In this document: positions 60,793 through 64,000 of the stretch, in pieces
How positions within the stretch are numbered: position 1 is the stretch's first letter
How the letters are laid out: each line of letters opens with the position of its first letter
DNA from: Sminthopsis crassicaudata
Taxonomy: Eukaryota
Assembly (NCBI RefSeq): GCF_048593235.1
Contig: NC_133622.1
Coordinates: forward strand, 238,731,198-238,795,197
Reading direction: 5' to 3'
Length of the DNA stretch: 64,000 nt
Made by a program: the position numbers and the translations under genes
Notes under the pieces: generated by a model
What the model was told of the DNA's origin: nothing
The model's database searches: none
What the model saw: only the letters and a program-made list of their open reading frames with translations

Positions 60793-63700
60793 AAAAATTG
60801 GAGCCATAGTACAGAGAATGGCATTTCACTTCTGGGACATCTAAGGGAGTCTTTTTTTTATTCCTTACTCCCACAGACAGTAGAAAACTAGAGACCTGGA
60901 CTTGATATTGATGGGAGAGTTTGCTGCCATTATAGTCATCTTTGGCCAGATAATTACACACTGAGTCTAGATAACTTTTGGACATTTTTCATATTATGTG
61001 CTAACGATTTTGTGTCATCCAAACCACTAATTAACTAATTGGTCAGTAAATGATGAATTATTACAAATTAAATGAAGAGTGGCGAATCTAGATCAGAAGG
61101 GCATTAAAAGGAAATATTCTACATCATTTTATAAATGAGAAAATTGAGAATTAAAATAACAAAATATTGTCTGAATTGTTACAACTATGAAGCAGAAAAG
61201 CATAAGTTTAATATGGGTCATCTAAGTCTAAGCCTATAATGCTTACCAATTTGTAATATAGAGTCAGATGGAAAAAATCTCAGAGAAAGAGAGATAGAAA
61301 AAGGAAGAAGGGAAAGGGATAAAGACAAAAAGAGATATATAGAAAAGGGGGAAAACAGAAAAAGAGAAACAAGGGAGAACTAAAGACAGGGACATAAAGC
61401 AAAAAGTAATAGAAAAATGAAGAGAAAGGAGAGGAGAGAAAGAGACAGAGACACAGAGACAGACACAGAACGACATAGAGAGCTACACAGAGATAAAAAG
61501 AAAGAGNNNNNNNNNNNNNNNNNNNNNNNNNNNNNNNNNNNNNNNNNNNNNNNNNNNNNNNNNNNNNNNNNNNNNNNNNNNNNNNNNNNNNNNNNNNNNN
61601 NNNNNNNNNNNNNNNNNNNNNNNNNNNNNNNNNNTATAGAGAAAAGAAGAGAAAGAGACAAAGAGAAAACGAGAGACAGATAGGAAAAGGGGAAGAAAGA
61701 AAAAGAGAGATAAGAGAGAACTAAAGACAGAGACCAAGAACAGATTGTAATAGAAATTGGGAGATAAGAAAGCATAGAAGAGGAGAAAGAGAGATAGAAC
61801 TACAGGGACAGACAGAGAGAGAAAGAAAGACAGAGAACACAGAGAAACACAGAAAGACATACACAGATAGAAAGAGACAGAAAGACAAAGTTAGAAACAG
61901 AGAAAGAAACACAAAGAGTCAGAGGCAGAGAGACAGAGACTGAAATAGACACAGAGATCGAGACAGAAAGATACAGAGAGGCAGAGAGAAAAAGAAAGAG
62001 ACAGACAGAGACAAAGATAGAGAGAGCAAAAAAGAGCTGAGAGAAAACAAACACAGTGAGAGAAAAAAGCAAAGTAAATACAGAGATCAATAATATTTAT
62101 ATATGCTAGATGTCCTCAAAGAACCTTCCAATCCTAGCATTCACTGAATGACATTTTTTTTCCTGCATAAGGGAAAATGGCTGTGGGATATAGATTAATA
62201 TATTTACTTATAAAAGAAGAAAAAAAGCTAAGGCCCAATAACTTCTTGGAAGAGGTGGTGAAGAAGTTGAGCTAAAGGCAAAGGCCCCTTGGCAAAAGTA
62301 ATTCAATTTAGTTTAAAATAATTCTATATTTTGGAGAGACATTTATATTTCTTTGCATAATTCAATTTAATCTATTTGTATTTCCACCCAAATTAGTTAG
62401 TGAGCATGTGCTTTGGGACTAGGAATAACCATGTTACTCAGTCAGTATACCCTTCAGAAACAGACTGGTCTTTTTAAGAGTAGGATTTTAACAAAAAAAC
62501 AAAGGAAGAAAAATAGTTAAAATTAATAATTAGTTATTAAATTTTTATAATATGAATTTCTCTCATTACTATGAGATATACTTACTTTTTGTTCATTATT
62601 GAGGTTTTATTTTTGTTTTGCCTTTATAATCTTTTGTAAGGAACTTCCATAGAGAAATGTCCATTAGCTAAGACAGATTAATACACTCTGAAATGTGCCA
62701 TTTTAAAGTTTCCTAGAGCTGAAGTAATTTAACTAGGCTTACTTAGAAAGTATCTTTCAATGGATACACTAAATTTTTTTTTCCTGAATCTGAAGGAATT
62801 GNNNNNNNNNNNNNNNNNNNNNNNNNNNNNNNNNNNNNNNNNNNNNNNNNNNNNNNNNNNNNNNNNNNNNNNNNNNNNNNNNNNNNNNNNNNNNNNNNNN
62901 NNNNNNNNNNNNNNNNNNNNNNNNNNNNNAATATTGAATAAAACATCCTCCTACAATCTTACATGATTCAATGGCCCCCAAATTTTGATTAAGTTAAGGT
63001 TAGTGAAAGATCTTCATTCACATCCCAGCTAAAATCACAGAATCTATTAAGGAATTTTTTTGGAAATCCTGACTGAACTAAGGTTCCACAATCATACAGT
63101 CAAGTTTCCAAAAACAAAAACAAAAAACAAAAACAAAAATAAAAAAACCCTCAAAAACAAAAAACATATTAAATCTTTCCTTGACTTAATGTCATAGTGC
63201 ACCCAATCCATGTCCATATTAAAAGAAGTTTCGATAAATAAATAAATATTCTTAACATCTGCAGAATATACGGAGATAAACAACCTCATACATAGTGTAG
63301 CTAAAAATATAGGATCAAAGACAATGGAAAATATTTGTATATAGGTATTACTCCAAATAACAAGACTGGTTCCCTCAAAATGTCATTTCATAAAACAAAA
63401 CAAAAATAAAGAAACATGTCATGAAGGCTTTACTCCTGCCCACCTCAACCACCCTTCCTAACACGTACCTATTTAGTTTGTGTCACACAAAAGGAGACGC
63501 ATGATGTATATGCACTTCATTCAAAGGTTCCATTGTCATCTGGAGGAGGAAGAGATCTTCATGGTAGAATTCATTCGCTGGAATATGTCAAGGGGGATTT
63601 AGGGGCAAGAAATGTTTCTTTTTCTCCCACATAAGAGTCCAGAGCAGCACAAATAGGTGGCCAAATCTCTGGACACCACATCAGAACTTTCACTGAAAGA

Positions 63701-64000
63701 AACATGTAAAGATCTTTTTGTCTTACATACTCTGGATTTTTAAGATATGTCCTAGAATCTGGGGATAGACTCCCAGAGGCATTTCAAATGTAGACATTGT
63801 AAAGTGACAAATGTTAGTGCAAAGGGAATACATTTTTTCTTTTCTTTTTTGGCCCCTATGAAGTAGGTTTACCTCTCAGGTAAATTTTGCTAGCCAGCCC
63901 CACTTCTCCCAATCCCATAGGCATATACCAATGCACCCTCAAATCACAATTAGTCTATTTGGTTGATGGTGCAGCTGGAGACAGAAAACATATAAAACTT

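Larger units (their letters stand above)
45071..64000 (-). repeat. Three tandem ~6-7 kb OR-B units (B2, B3, B4)
   Basis: Shared blocks: ~46900-47400, ~53990-54500 and ~60790-61260; GA tracts; ~48900-49750, ~54835-55690 and ~63325-64000; ~49750-51000 and ~55690-56840. Confidence 0.9.

Noticed and set aside
1-64000. tRNA, rRNA, CRISPR or prokaryote-type systems
   Set aside because: None seen; the tRNA-like A/B-box sequences are SINE heads, and the window is mammalian OR-cluster DNA.

Overview
AT-rich, CpG-poor eukaryotic DNA from a gapped assembly (N gaps at about 6.6, 35.7, 37.6-38.2, 38.5, 40.5, 61.5 and 62.8 kb). The repeats (WSINE1-like and MAR1-like SINEs, marsupial-type L1 3' tails, L2, L3/CR1) point to an Australian marsupial, possibly a dasyurid (inference). 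The window is part of a class II olfactory receptor (OR) cluster, family 4, most similar to the OR4P subfamily. It holds two clades in opposite orientation. The + strand clade has three copies: 3723-4667 intact, 15057-16002 with a +1 frameshift, and 30087-31031 intact. The - strand clade has four intact copies: 34037-34966, 45071-46000, 51756-52685 and 58005-58934. An eighth locus missed by the ORF track, a C-terminal remnant of a - clade OR, lies at 11175-11243. It keeps about 1.1 kb of 3' flank interrupted by a solo LTR. The copies sit in mosaic segmental duplications of about 6-15 kb that differ by TE insertions and deletions. I see no unprecedented biological system. The most interesting signals are genome-evolution ones: the cryptic OR remnant, an inverted locally templated 75-bp insertion with a target-site duplication (TSD), and the patchwork ancestry of the + clade units. 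Identities quoted are by-eye counts, not computed alignments.
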